From positions 1-64,000 of the forward strand of contig NW_021835461.1 of NCBI RefSeq assembly GCF_006345805.1: a DNA stretch of 64,000 nucleotides, written 5' to 3'. Below are positions 23,175-35,649 of the stretch, piece by piece. How positions within the stretch are numbered: position 1 is the stretch's first letter; each line of letters begins with the position of its first letter. The position numbers and the translations under genes were made by a program. The DNA comes from Octopus sinensis (taxonomy: Eukaryota). The notes under the pieces are model-generated. The model worked only from the letters and a program-made list of their open reading frames with translations, was not told where the DNA came from and did not search any database.

Positions 23175-25031
23175 CAGAGACCAAGTTCAAAGACAACTAA
23201 AACAATCCAGTAGAATATTTTAGAAAACTGCACAATGAATTCCAAGCAAGGAAAATGGAGAATAAGTGACAAAATCATAATGGTTGACTGGAATCCTATG
23301 AAATTTCTAAAATGATAGCAAAGATTGGGAAACCCCATAATATTGGTGAAACTAATTTTGCCAGCGGTATCTGTCATAGTGTCATCATTTATGAAACAAA
23401 ATGCTACTGAGATTACTTGTAAGATTCCTTTAAGCAACTCATCAGTGTCACTGTGCGTCAATGAAATGGCTAAGATGGAGAGAAGCAACCTGTAGCCAAA
23501 CTGCAAGTAAAGAAATTTCTTCTTCAACCTGATGAATCTACCCTGAGAGACAGTAAAGCTATAGTATTGGCATATAATCGTTTTTTTTTTGGTGGTGGTG
23601 GTGGTGGGGTGTAATGAATTCAGAGAGGAAATTCATTTTACCAGACATCTTAAAACAGATACTAAAGGCAAAACAAATTTTCAAAGGCACTATAACTTAT
23701 TTCGAGGAACATAATATTCCCCTGGGAAATGTGAGAGTTTGTGCTAATGACTGTGTTCCGCCCATGATTGGCAGATACAGAGATTTTGTTGCCTGTTGAA
23801 TAAATGGTATTTTCTATACACTGTGTGATAACACCAGTAACACCTACTTGTGAAACAATCAAGAGCACATCTGCACGATCCCCTTAATATTGTAATATTA
23901 TTTACAAGATCACATATTTCATGAATTCTGTAATCAAAATGGAGAAATTGAATGCTTTGTAATTCACACGAACATGATATGGTTATCAAACTGTCTGCGT
24001 CATTTTTTTTTGTACTTTGGTATATTATTGTTTCATTCCTGGCTAACAACAATCGCAGCCAACAAATGATTCCAGCTAAAAGTACAACTGCACTTCCACT
24101 CCACAAATGGTTGCAGCTAAATGCGATATATTTTATTTATCAGAAAAATTTGATAAAATATATCTGACAAACAGCTTCAAGAAGACTTTGACCTCATATC
24201 CTCCAAAGGAGCGATTGCTGCTTTTCTGGGGAAAGTACAGCTCTAGGAAATAAATATTGTATGCTGTGTATTATTAGAATTTCCCTGTTTGGAATCAATT
24301 AACAGTAATCTGCACGATGACGACCTTGTTTACTGAACATTTGAAAAACTTGCATAATGATATGCAAGGTCAGTTTTATGACCTGCTGCAGTTAAATATA
24401 CCGCGTTGGGTGACATTTCATGTTGCTGGTGTAGATATCTGTTTGCAGGAGAATCTCATTGAATTGCAGAACGATGAAATATTTCAAGCAAGATTTAAAG
24501 ATGGAGAACGTAATGTATGGTAAAAAAAATGACACTGCTACAAAGTATCCATTATTCTGGTGGGGGAGTGCAGTTGTACTTTACTGCTTTTCCTTTATCT
24601 TACCTTGTTGAATCTGGTTTCAGCCATGTCGCTAATTTACTGTGAACAGCTCATAATTGAATCGACGTTGTAGAAAAAGGTGATCTTCAATTATCATTGA
24701 CAACATAAGAGCAGAACAATTTAAAACTAGCAAAGCAGCACCAACCACCAGACTTGCATTAAAGAAATTAACACAAAGGTACTACCTTATGTAAATAAAT
24801 ATATACCTGTATATTTATTTTACTTGGGAGCATTCATTTTCCGTAGAATTTAGTTGTTAAGAAATTGGTTATAGGTCCACAGTACACAAGATATTTTAAC
24901 GACTTTTATACAAGTCCTAATTTGACTTTTTTAAACATCGAATGGGTATGGTGGGTGTGGGGGAGGGTCCCAAGGAGTAAAATAGGAATCAAAGGGGTTC
25001 TCAGGTAAAAAAAAAAGCTTGAGAACCCCTG
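23175..25031 (+). mobile_element. Buster/Charlie-type hAT transposon, degenerate transposase, 5'-truncated
   Basis: Broken frames give AKIGKPHNIGET.ILPA, KIPLSNSSV, FSLQPDESTL, HLKNLHNDM..QFYDLL, LIELQND and FP.SYLVESGFS. The right TIR ttgagaacccctg (= CAGGGGTTCTCAA) ends at 25031. Confidence 0.9.
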
Positions 25032-26189
25032 GTTTGCGTAGCTGAGAGTTTGGAACGTAGGTAATAGATATTATTTTGAAGGAATTTTTCCTCAAACTTG
25101 ACCCAATTGTAAATGAGGTAACAAATAAAATATGTCGATAATTTTTGGCAAAGAAGCTATAAAGAATATTTTATGTTGAGTTTCATTAATTTCATATTAT
25201 GTGCTATTTTTCCAAAATCCTCTTTCATTTGACCAAGATATTTAAGGTTTTGTTGCATATCTGATCTTTCTGATGTCTAAGGACGGATGTTTATGTGTAT
25301 GACTCTTTTTGCAAATTTAATTCTGGGGAAATAGAAAAGCATATTCACTTAGTCTTGTCTTACCCATTTTGCCCCGCCTATATTTGTCTTTTATATGCCG
25401 AAAGAAAACAGTGATAATTTTCTGAAATATTATTCTGAATATATCATAGGTTTTACTGAGTTTAGAGAAGGTCTTTACTCCGTTGATAGAGTTTTGGTAA
25501 GGTAGTGAATATTTAAAAAAAATATATTTTCTTCAAAGTCAAAATGTTACTCATTGTACCCCACCTACTCTTAATGGAAACTGGAAAAGCAGACTTTTGG
25601 AAATAGCTGTTTGAATTTTCCTGTTTTTATTGGGGTGTGCCCCACTTTCTTTCTTTCTTTTTTTTTTAACACATTACAAAACAATGAAGGGAAGCTGTTT
25701 TAAAAAAAGAATTTTTTAAATCCACGTCTTTGAAATGTTGGTATCTCTACCCCGCTCTCTCTTTCTCTTTGTCTGTCTGTCTCTCTCTCTCTCTTTCTCT
25801 GTATCTCTCTCTCTCTCTCTCACTCATCCTGTCTTTGGAACAGCAACAACAAAAATGATTTCTGTCTTTTTCGTAATTTTCTGTCATTTTATCTTCTACA
25901 TTCTGAAACATATGTAACTCACATTAAAAGAAAGAAAAAACCTTACCCCACTCTTCCCTACCGCAAGTGGATGTGTGAAAAACGAAACTTGAAGTTCTTT
26001 TTTTTTAAATTGCAAGTTATGATTTTTATTGCCTTCTCAGTGTTTACTGTTTTACAAAATTAAACTAGAAAACTGGACAAAACAGAGAATACAATTGAAA
26101 AAAAGAAAAAAGAAAAAAAGAAAGAAAGAGAAAAAAGAAAAAAAACAAAAGAACAAAACAATTTACCACCTTGGGTTGAAAAGTTGAGG

Positions 26190-26695
26190 GCGCTGGGAAA
26201 CCTTTCTACTGGTTATTGAGACACACCAGTACACTTGCAGCGTTGCCGCAGATGATGGCGAAGCTGCTACGCTGGAACAGCCAAGCGCCCTCATGAGCCT
26301 CACCAGTTACCTCTGCCAGGTGAGTTGCCAGTGAAGACAGGAATCTCGCAGTGGCCCGACTCCACTAGACGTCTTGAACGCCACACGATGGAAAATGTAG
26401 TTGGCCGACAGATCGCAGTATTTCAGGATTTTGTTCTGATCGGCCGCAGAAGCTGTGGATCTCGCCCTGACCACAGCATCCAAGATGTGAGAAGAAGCAA
26501 AGGAGTCGCTAACTGTGACATCCCAGACAACGGACCAGGGGCATAGAGTGAGGCTGTCAGATCTCCTCTCGTCACATCTGGACAATCCAGATGGTTCTAA
26601 GATGTATGGGATGTTTTCCCGGGCCAAGCTCCTCTTGAGTATCAAGTTCAACTCTATATGATGCGCAAAGCGACCAGCATGAAAAAGTGTATCTA
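26190..26695 (-). mobile_element. CRE-clade non-LTR retrotransposon 3' end (restriction-like endonuclease)
   Basis: AGRFAHHIELNLILKRSL..ENIPYILEPSGLSRCDERRSDSLTLCPW..VWDVTVSDSFASSH...KILKYCDL...FQRSSFAII.GNAASVL. Confidence 0.8.
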
Positions 26696-27711
26696 TAAAG
26701 CGACATTTTCGGTCATTTGTTTAAATTTTCTCTCCTAAATCATCAAATTCAATTATTTGAAGGAGATGGGTTTTGAGATTTAAATTTGGCAATTTTCTAA
26801 GATTTTAATTTTGTTATGAGGGGCCCATCGATCTTGAAGTGCCTCGTGCCCCCTATGGTTTAAATACAACCCTGCATCTGAAAGGTATTTGCAGAACATT
26901 TCACGAAAAAAAAAAAAAAAGAAAAAACATTAATTTTTCTCAAAGTTATGAGAAAATAAAGTCATGGGGCAAAGTTGTGTGGTTATGATGTAGTGAAAAG
27001 TATTGAAAGTGACTTTGTGAAGAATATGTAAAGCAATCGAAAAATGGGTTTACAGAAATTAAATTAGGAAGTTGTAAAGCGCAAACTTACCTCGTAACAG
27101 CTCAGAGCAAAATTGAAACTTGAATATTTATCTGATGGTTTTTAAGTCGTTGATTGGTTTTACAATTTTGTATGATATCAATGTTTTTCCGAGAAAATCA
27201 CTTCCCCTTTGTCCTCTTTTTCATGATTTGCTTTCATGAGAACTTTGTGATAACAGTTTATTATCATTATTTGCAACAGACGAAATATAAAAAAGGAAGT
27301 GGCTGATAAAGAGAGAAATAAATTGTTTTAATAGGAAATACACAATGAAAGTAGGTTAGGGAAGATTTCACTTTCATTTTTGTCAATGACCTCAGTAAAA
27401 CTTACCTGGTTTTCCCCAGTGGTGGCCACTGATTGGCATGTTTCCCCCCACCCACAAACCTTCTGTGGGTATACACAGAGTCTTACCTACTTAAATGTGC
27501 ACCCTATCAACAGGTTTGTTTCCTCATAACTTTCAGAAAAATGGATATTTTAAGAAATTTTCTACAAATGACGTAGTTGACGATTATATGAGAATTGATA
27601 TGAAAAAGAAAGTAGGTGAGTGCTCACAACAGCACACAATGAGACACATAACGATATCTTTTTTCAGTTCAAAGTTCATTTAGTAGATATATGCGATATG
27701 TGTCAGTATGT

Positions 27712-27930
27712 ATTCTTTTACTTGTTTCAGTAATTTGACTGCGGCCATGCTGGAGCACCGCCTTGAAGGGTTTTTAAAGTTGAAGAAATTGACACCAGAA
27801 CTTATTCTTTGTAAGCCTAGTACTTATTCTCTCGTTTTTTTTTTCTTTTTGCTGAACGCTAGGTTGCGGGGATAAAGACGCACCAAGCAATAGCGAGGGA
27901 CGGACGGAGATACGCGCGTGCGCACACACA
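27712..27930 (-). mobile_element. 3' half of tRNA-headed SINE (family of 13261-13660)
   Basis: cttttacttgtttcagtaatttgactgcggccatgctggagcaccgcc...tttgtaagcctagtacttattct. Confidence 0.8.
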
Positions 27931-27989
27931 CACGCATATATATATAGTACAAAGTAAGATAGGGGTTATGGGTGTAACCCACTATGGGA

Positions 27990-28490
27990 TATCATTTATC
28001 CAATATACTGTTGGTAAAGTACCCAAATTCTTAATACATAAATGTTTTTAATTGCAAAGCAATTAACTCATTTATTGTATTAAACGGGTGAAGGTAGAGA
28101 AATATTTTTACCGTAAATTTATAATACAAATAAGAAAATGGAGAAACAAATTGGTTTGTTCATCAACTTACGGATATTATAATGTTGGATTATTTATTCA
28201 TTTTACAAATGAGAACATCAAAAGCATACAAAAATATTATATAAATCAATAGATAAGATAGTAATACAAATACAGATTTTAAAAGTCATAGTATAAATTA
28301 ATGAAATCCATAAACTGCTTCTTACAGCTCTTTTTACCTATGGTCAAAAGTGAATCTAATTTTCATTGCCTATAGATTTCAACATACTAAAGTTGTAGGC
28401 ATTTAAAAAATATAATACTTATATATTAAAAAACCATAGGCCTCGTCAGAGGTTATAATGAACTTTAAAAATATTAATATTAATATTAAT
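27990..28490 (-). mobile_element. Probable Penelope pLTR relic; first part repeated at ~30310-30520
   Basis: Shared tatccaatatactg.t.gta.agtaccca and aaataagaaaa.ggaga segments; degenerate hammerhead-like CTGACGA at 28449-28443. Confidence 0.4.
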
Positions 28491-29158
28491 ATACTAAACA
28501 TGATACACATATTACTTAATATATTAAAATAAACAATAAACAAATATCAAAATATACATATATACATATACATACATACATATATATATACATATACATA
28601 CATCCTTACATATATGTATGTGAAATGAACAGAAGTGTGATCAGCATCTTCTCATATATCAGGAAATTACATCTACATTATTATGGATAAATTCATCGTC
28701 TCTGAGTATGAAATATCTCCTAATATCTCCGGAAATTACACCTGCATTATTATGGATGGATTTACCTTTTCTGTGAAACTAAAAACCTTTTATAAAACTG
28801 TGCATCTTTAGAGAACTTGTGAAGTCTGCTTACAATCTAACTTTGCTTTTTATTGAACTCTCTTCGATACTTCATGAGTGTAGCCTCACCCCTAGGATGT
28901 TTGGAAAACTCATATGTGTTTTGGCTGATGAATACAGGACACTTGTATTTGCTGCAATATTTGCAGCTTTTAATAAAGCTGTTCTTCGTATGAAACAATT
29001 GTACTGAACAACTAATCCAGTCTTGTTGCTTTTTTCTTGTTTATAATCACCCCACATTATTTTATGGTTAATACCATATAGATTTCTGGTGCATCTAAGT
29101 TAAGTACCGCATTCATTTGAACTCATTGGAATTCACTTGAATCTTAATTGTTGTTACT

Positions 29159-29200
<42 letters not shown>

Positions 29201-29259
29201 CCCTGGAACCCGGAACGTCTCGCTGTGCTTGAGGAGACCTGTTGAGTCAAGTACATGAA

Positions 29260-30030
29260 CATGAACATCGAAATAAATATAAATATCAATGGAAATAGTA
29301 GTTGTGATACCTGTGCCGCTGGCACATAAAAAGCACCATCCGAATGTGGCTGATGCCAGCGCCGCCCCGACTGGCTTCTGTGCCAGTGGCACATAAAAAG
29401 CACCATCTGAACGTGGCTGACGCCAGCCAGCGCCGCCCCTACTGGCTCCTGTGCCGGTGGCACATAAAAAGCACCATCTGAACGTGGTCGATGCCAGCGC
29501 TGCCCCGACTGGCTTCTGTGCCGGTGGCACATAAAAAGCACCATCCGAACGTGGCCGATGCCAGCGACGCCCCGACCGGCTTCTGTGCCGGTGGCACATA
29601 AAAAGCACCATCCGAACGTGGCCGATGCCAGCACCGCCCCGACTGGCTCCTGTGCCAGTGGCACATAAAAAGCACCATCCAAACGTGGCCGATGCCAGCG
29701 CCACCCCGACTGGCTTCTGTGCCGGTGGCACATAAAAAGCACCATCCGAACGTGGCCGTTGCCAGCGCCGCCTTAGCTGGCTTCCGTGCCGGTGGCACGT
29801 TAAAAGCTCCAACCGATCGTGGCCGATGCCGGACCCCCCTGGCACCTGTGCAGGTGGCACGTAAAAAGCACCCACTACACTCGCGGAGTGGTTGGCGTTA
29901 GGAAGGGCATCCAGCTGTAGAAACTCTGCCAGATCAGACTGGAGCCTGGTGCAGTCCCTGGCTTCCCAGACCCCGGTCGAACCGTCCAACCCGTGCTAGC
30001 GCGGAAAACGGACGTTAAACGATGATGATG
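29260..30030 (+). mobile_element. RTE-tailed SINE with ~8 tandem 67-bp 5' modules
   Basis: ggcac(a/g)t at 29321, 29388, 29459, 29526, 29593, 29660, 29727, 29794, 29856, followed by the family core and tail. Confidence 0.92.
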
Positions 30031-30249
30031 ATATATATATATATATATATACAATACAAATATACATACATAAGCAAAGCATATATAGTATTCACATGCG
30101 CAAAATACATTAATGAACACAATTAAACAATATATTCCAGTGGATATACCATACGTCATATACGTATATAAATACATTAGAACATATAAACACGTCTATG
30201 CTTATCAGTAACAACAATATTATTGTATTAACAATAATCTTCAACAGAT

Positions 30250-30760
30250 CTTACATACTATAATAATGTCTTCGTGAGCTATTAGAAGTTGACAAACCAA
30301 CTAAGGGATAGTACCTATCCAATATACTGCTTGTAGAGTACCCAATTATTCATAGCCAAGTGCTAGTTATTGCACTTGCAATTGAGTATTATATATGGGC
30401 GGAGGTAAAAAAGTGATTTACCCATGATTTATACAGCAAATAAGAAAACGGAGAGGATATACAATTGACAGACATCAGCCAGTAAACATTCAAGTATGTC
30501 TATTTATTCAATTGTATTGGATAAATACACGCATAATTGCTGGCCTTATTCCTAAATTAGAAATCATTAATCCTCTTTGACCATCTTATTTCAGTTTTCC
30601 GTAACCTCTGCCTCATTGACAGTTCATCATCGCAGGTATTGCAATTCAGGGGAAATAACTGATACACATTGTCATAAGAGTAATTCACCTTGACGGATTT
30701 AAGCAACTGGACAAATGAATCTTTTATGAATAAAAACATCGGTTGTCAACGTTTTCAGTC
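30250..30760 (-). mobile_element. Degenerate Penelope-like GIY-YIG fragment and pLTR
   Basis: Weak similarity only: VNYSYDNVYQLFPLNCNTC..ELSMRQRLRK.EIR. Confidence 0.4.
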
Positions 30761-31169
30761 ACATATTTAGCTTAGAACACAGTTAAAGAAAGGCTCAGCG
30801 GGAGAGAGAGAGAGAGAAAGTGGTGCTGCTACTGTTTCTGGTTGTTGTTGTTGTTGTTGTTAAGCAACAAGACGGTTAAGGGTGATTAAGGTGATGGTCT
30901 AGGGCTTAAAGGCGGGAGATCCCAGACCTTAGATAAAAAAAATCTTTGGTCGTCTTGTTGTAGTCGAGGGCTCTTCGTTGACGCTCGACACTATTGGGAG
31001 GTGGCCCTCGAGGTCGCTGGAAATAGAAATCTCCAGGCCCAAATTCTTGGACGGCTACTGTTGTTGGTGCTAGAGCTGGTGGTGGAGGTGGCGACGGTGA
31101 GTGGATGGAGAAAAATAATTTTTTGGGGAATTGAACTAAATTTTTTTAATATCACCTATTACTTAACAC

Positions 31170-31465
31170 ATGCACATCCCAAACTTGCCATTCACTTCCG
31201 AAAGAAACCAGTTTCCCCTTTGCCTGTCTTATGCAGTGGCTATCCACAAATCACAAGGGCAGACATTTGATCGAGTGGGGGCTGTTCTTGCCTGAACCTG
31301 TATTCGGCCATGGTCAGCAATATGTTGCATTCTCAAGGGTTTGCAAATTATCCAATGCGTGAGTTAAAGCTGTCAACACTGACAAAGAAGGGAAGAAAAG
31401 AGCGATAACTTACACAAAGAACATAATCTGCAAAGAAGTAGTGGATTAAAAGATTTATGCAAATT
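31170..31465 (+). mobile_element. Helitron PIF1-like helicase C-terminal relic
   Basis: PNLPFT...QFPLCLSYAVAIHKSQGQTFDRVG/LFLPEPVFGHGQQYVAFSRV...YTKNII.KEV (helicase motifs V-VI, one frameshift). Confidence 0.9.
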
Positions 31466-31842
31466 GAAATGTGTATTGGCTCTGACCCATCGCATTGGCT
31501 CATAAGTTACCAACGATGTGGTTTGCAGCGTATGCCATCATAATAATACTAAAACTCTATGGATGTTTGTTGGTACTCGAAATATCTCAGAAATAGTATA
31601 TTTTATCTTAATCTTTTTTTTTCTTGCATATTTATTTTCATACTTAGCTTCGACAGTACAATATTTGTGACATTATTAATGAAAAGGAGTAAACACTATT
31701 TTTGTCTATTTCTTGAAAAAAAGAAAAAGCATAGCTTCCGTGACATCAACACACATACATACATACAGAATACATACACATATAACGAATGTGATGGGGT
31801 GTCAATCAACACAAACACACGGCCTCCATCTGTGACATATCG

Positions 31843-32222
31843 TGGCACTCCGTCGGTTACTATGACGAGGGTTCCAGTTAATCCGATCATCGGAACAGCC
31901 TGGTCGGGAAATTAACATGCAAGTGGCTGAGCACTCCACAGACATGTGTGTACCCTTAATGTAGTTCTCGGGGGAAGATTCAGCGTGATACAGAGCGTGA
32001 CAAGGGTAGCCCTTAGAAATACAGGTACAACAGAAACAGGAAGAGAGAGTGAGAGAAAGCTGTGGTGAAAGAGTACAAGGTTCGCCACTATCCCCTACCA
32101 GAGCCTCGTGGAGCTGTGGGTGTTTTTGCTCAATAAACACTCACAACGCCCGGTCTGGGAATCAAAACTTCGATCCTACGACCGCGAGTCCGCTACCTTA
32201 ACCACTGAGCCATTGCGCCTCC
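31843..32222 (-). mobile_element. Full-length tRNA-derived SINE
   Basis: Head ggaggcgcaatggctcagtggttaaggtagcggactcgcggtcgtaggatcgaagttttgattccc, with A and B boxes. Confidence 0.9.
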
Positions 32223-32993
32223 ACTGTCTGTGACATATACATACACATAGTCTTTGCGCACTCTGAGCAAAAAAAAAAAAAAAAAAAGACTTTCACCTTT
32301 TGACGTACACAATATTTTAATGATTTGGAAATATTTTTAACTGAATGGCATTTCAAAAATATAAGTTGTTTGTTCAGCAAGAATTTGTATTTTAGCATTC
32401 TTCAAACACTATTTTAATGGATTTTTAATTATTTTCAGGTTGTTAATTTCCATAATTTTTTTTTATTTATTTACATTTATTTACATGAGAGAAGAAAGTG
32501 AAAGATGTGTGTACGTGTATAGGAAATGGACGTGTGTGTGTGGAAGAGGGAGAGAGGGTGGAGGGGGGAAGAGAGAAAGTGAAGGGGTGTTTTGTCATGT
32601 ATACGTACATACATCAATACATATGCGTACATCCTTTTTATATGTACGTGTGCATGTGTGTTTGTGGGTGTGTGGGAGAGAGAGAAAGAGAATGAGCGAG
32701 GGTGAGTGAGTGAACGTGTGTGTTCTCATGTATGTGTAAGTGGCACTCTCTCTCTCTCTCTCTCATACACACACACACTCACACACGTCCATTTCATATA
32801 TGCGTTCATACATCTTTCATGTTCTTCTCTATTTCACTTTAAAACAATTGTAAATAAATAAAACAATTTTACAGAAATTAATGAACAAAATCAGCTGATC
32901 TGGATGACAGTTCTGAGAGTCAAAGCGAAAGATTGCCCCAAGGGAATACTATTACAAATTTTTTTCGAATGCAGTCAATGTATCCCAGCTCTA

Positions 32994-33110
32994 AAGATTT
33001 GGCTGCTATTTCTAGCACGCCCTGATACCACGTAGCAGCTATTTGCGATAAAAGACTCAAAATACCTGTTATGAGGTATCAGGGCGTGCAAGAAATAGCA
33101 GCGAAATCTT
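32994..33110. mobile_element. Small fold-back/MITE with ~36-bp inverted arms
   Basis: aagatttggctgctatttctagcacgccctgatacc ... ggtatcagggcgtgcaagaaatagcagcgaaatctt; a related half lies at ~21028. Confidence 0.75.
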
Positions 33111-33580
33111 TCCTTTTCCGGGGAAACGAGCTGTTTACGCTTGATTTCGATGTCACTTTCGTTGAAAGCATACGAAACAACCTAGAAAAGAGAGAGAGAG
33201 AGAAAATAAACATGAAACAAACATCCGTTGCTGGGAAACTCAGATTCCAGGTGACCTACGGGTCACGGGTAGTCTAGAGTTACATTAAATTTTCACCCCC
33301 GTGAAGTTGTGACCTCTATATTTTCCATATAAAATAAATGTTTTTACTATAATTTTTTTTGTTTTCTAGATATGAAATTGTGACAATGAGAATTTTAAAA
33401 TGTAATTTTTCTGTTAATGGTGAAAATGGAAAAATAAGAGTGAATATTTATTTTATGAGTGCTGTGTATTAAGTCTATAAAATTGTGCATAAAGTATATA
33501 AGTGCATTAAGTAATCATCGTATTCATTTTCAATGAATAGCAGATGAGCGACAATCTTTCAATAAAGATGTAGCAATAAC

Positions 33581-35023
33581 CATTTTAGCCATTTTGAAAT
33601 GTGGCGCGAATTGGCAATATGACTTAATGTCTTTGCCGAAGAATTATTATTTTCGTTTTTTTCCATTGGTTAATATAACTGCTCATATAAAGATTCTAAA
33701 AGTTTCGTAAAGAATATTTGTCATGGATTTCGATTCTTTTTAGTCATGTTGAGCAGTTATAAAAACCATGGATTTTGGGAAAAATGTCAGTGTTTGTTCT
33801 CATGTATGTGTAAGTGGCACTCTCTCTCTCTCTCTCATACACACACACACTCACACACATCCATTTCATATATGCGTTCATGCATCTTTCATGTTCTCTA
33901 TTTCACTTTAAAACAATTGTAAATAAATAAAACAATTTTACGGAAATTAATGAACTCCACAACACTCACTCTTTTGAGACATCGGTAATTTTCATGCCAT
34001 GTCTAAGTTAATCACAAGTCTATTTTGATTTGTTGGTTAATGTATTAGCTAGAATTGAGAAATTAGTTAATGAAATTATAGTCGTTCTTCTTCAGCGTTC
34101 TTTTCGTTTCAACTTACTTTTAACTATTTGTTAATAAAATATTTATGCAATAATTCTGTAGTTTATGTTTATTATATTATTAAAATATTCCACCAGTCTG
34201 TCGGTGTTTATAATTTTTTTTTTATTTAAAAAATATTTTTTCTATAGGTTTTCCTATAGGTTGTTTTAGTTGGGGTCACCAATTTTCCTATGGCAGTTTT
34301 TGTTTTAAACCTTAAGCTTTCTCTCAGGTTATATTATTTTATTTGGCTTTTCTCTGAGTAAGGGAGAATATAATGATTCAACGTCACTTATACTAAAGTG
34401 TTATCATTATACCTAAAACCCTAACTACAGTTATAACGTCATAGAGACATATACGCATCAAACGCTATGAATATTAACGATATGTATGTTCTTTAAACCA
34501 CTATAAGAAAACATAAATTAAGGATTACAGAAATGCATACTTATTTATGCTCAGTTGAAAAACAAACGTGAAGAGAAACATTTTCTTTTAATTTTATTAT
34601 ATAAATATAACATTTTATATTATTTACAGTAGGAGAGATAACTTGTCATGAAGCATTTTAGCCTTTTTGAAATGTGGCGCGAATTGGCAATATGACGTAA
34701 TGTCTTTGCCGAAGAATTATAATTTTCGTTTTTTCCATTGGTTAATATAACTGCTCATATGAAGATTCTAAAAGTTTCGTAAAGAATATTTGTCATGGAT
34801 TTCGATTCTTTTTAGTCAAGTTGAGCAGTTATAAAAACCCTGGATTTTGGGAAAAATTTCAGTGTTTGTTGGATGTCACTGAACTCCACGACACTCACTC
34901 TTTTGAGACATCGGTAATTTTCATGCCATGTCTAAGTTAATCACAAGTCTATTTTGATTTGTTGGCTAATGTATTAGCTAGAATTGAGAAATTAGTTAAT
35001 GAAATTATAGTCGTTTTTCTTCA
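33581..35023. repeat. Local direct duplication (33581-34093 and 34654-35023); the first copy carries an inserted copy of 32721-32886
   Basis: Direct sequence comparison shows high identity. Confidence 0.93.
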
Positions 35024-35109
35024 CGACAAAGTTATCTTTCCTACTGTAAATAATATAAAATGTTATAGTTATATAATAAAACTAATTAAAAGAAAATGTT
35101 TCTCTTCAT

Positions 35110-35158
35110 GTTAATAATAATAATAATAATAATAATAAGAAGAAGAAGAAGAATAATA

Positions 35159-35206
<48 letters not shown>

Positions 35207-35375
35207 GTAATAATGAGAAGAAGAAGAAGAAGAACAACAACAACAAGAACAAGAAAAATAATAATAATAATAATAATAATAATTAGAAGAAGAAGAAGAA
35301 GAAGAAGAATAATAAGAAGAAGAATAAAAATAATAATTATAATAATAATAATAATAATAAGAAGAAGAAGAATAA

Positions 35376-35416
<41 letters not shown>

Positions 35417-35618
35417 GGAAGAAAAATAATAATAAGAAGAAGAAGGTGAATAATAATAATAATAATAATAAGAAGAAGAGAAGAAGAAGAAGAATGAGAG
35501 TAATAATAATAATAAGAAGAATAAGAATAAGAATAATAATAATAATAAGAAGAAGAAGAATAGTATAAATAATAATAATAATAAGAAGAAGAATAAAAAT
35601 AATAATAATAATAATAAT

Positions 35619-35649
<31 letters not shown>

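Noticed and set aside
28324-28449. Second hammerhead ribozyme (minus strand; a weaker one at ~30250-30300)
   Set aside because: CTGACGA and the stem II ends (cctatgg/ccatagg) remain, but the GAAAC core is mutated to aaaaag, so it is unlikely to be active.
29321-29860. CRISPR-like regularly spaced repeats
   Set aside because: The whole 67-bp unit is repeated with no unique spacers, it lies within a SINE, the context is eukaryotic and there are no cas genes.
29158-29989. Repetitive ORFs MCHRHR.../FYVPPAQ (also 3330-3838, 11958-12473, 36452-37243)
   Set aside because: Translations of SINE tandem modules in overlapping frames.
32150-32222. tRNA gene (also heads at 9237 and 13261)
   Set aside because: A/B boxes are present, but the sequence continues into SINE bodies and no complete cloverleaf is evident.
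33251-33277. Helitron 3' end (GTGACC-tacg-GGTCAC hairpin + CTAG)
   Set aside because: It is followed by A rather than T and has no matching 5' end, so it is too weak to list as a feature.
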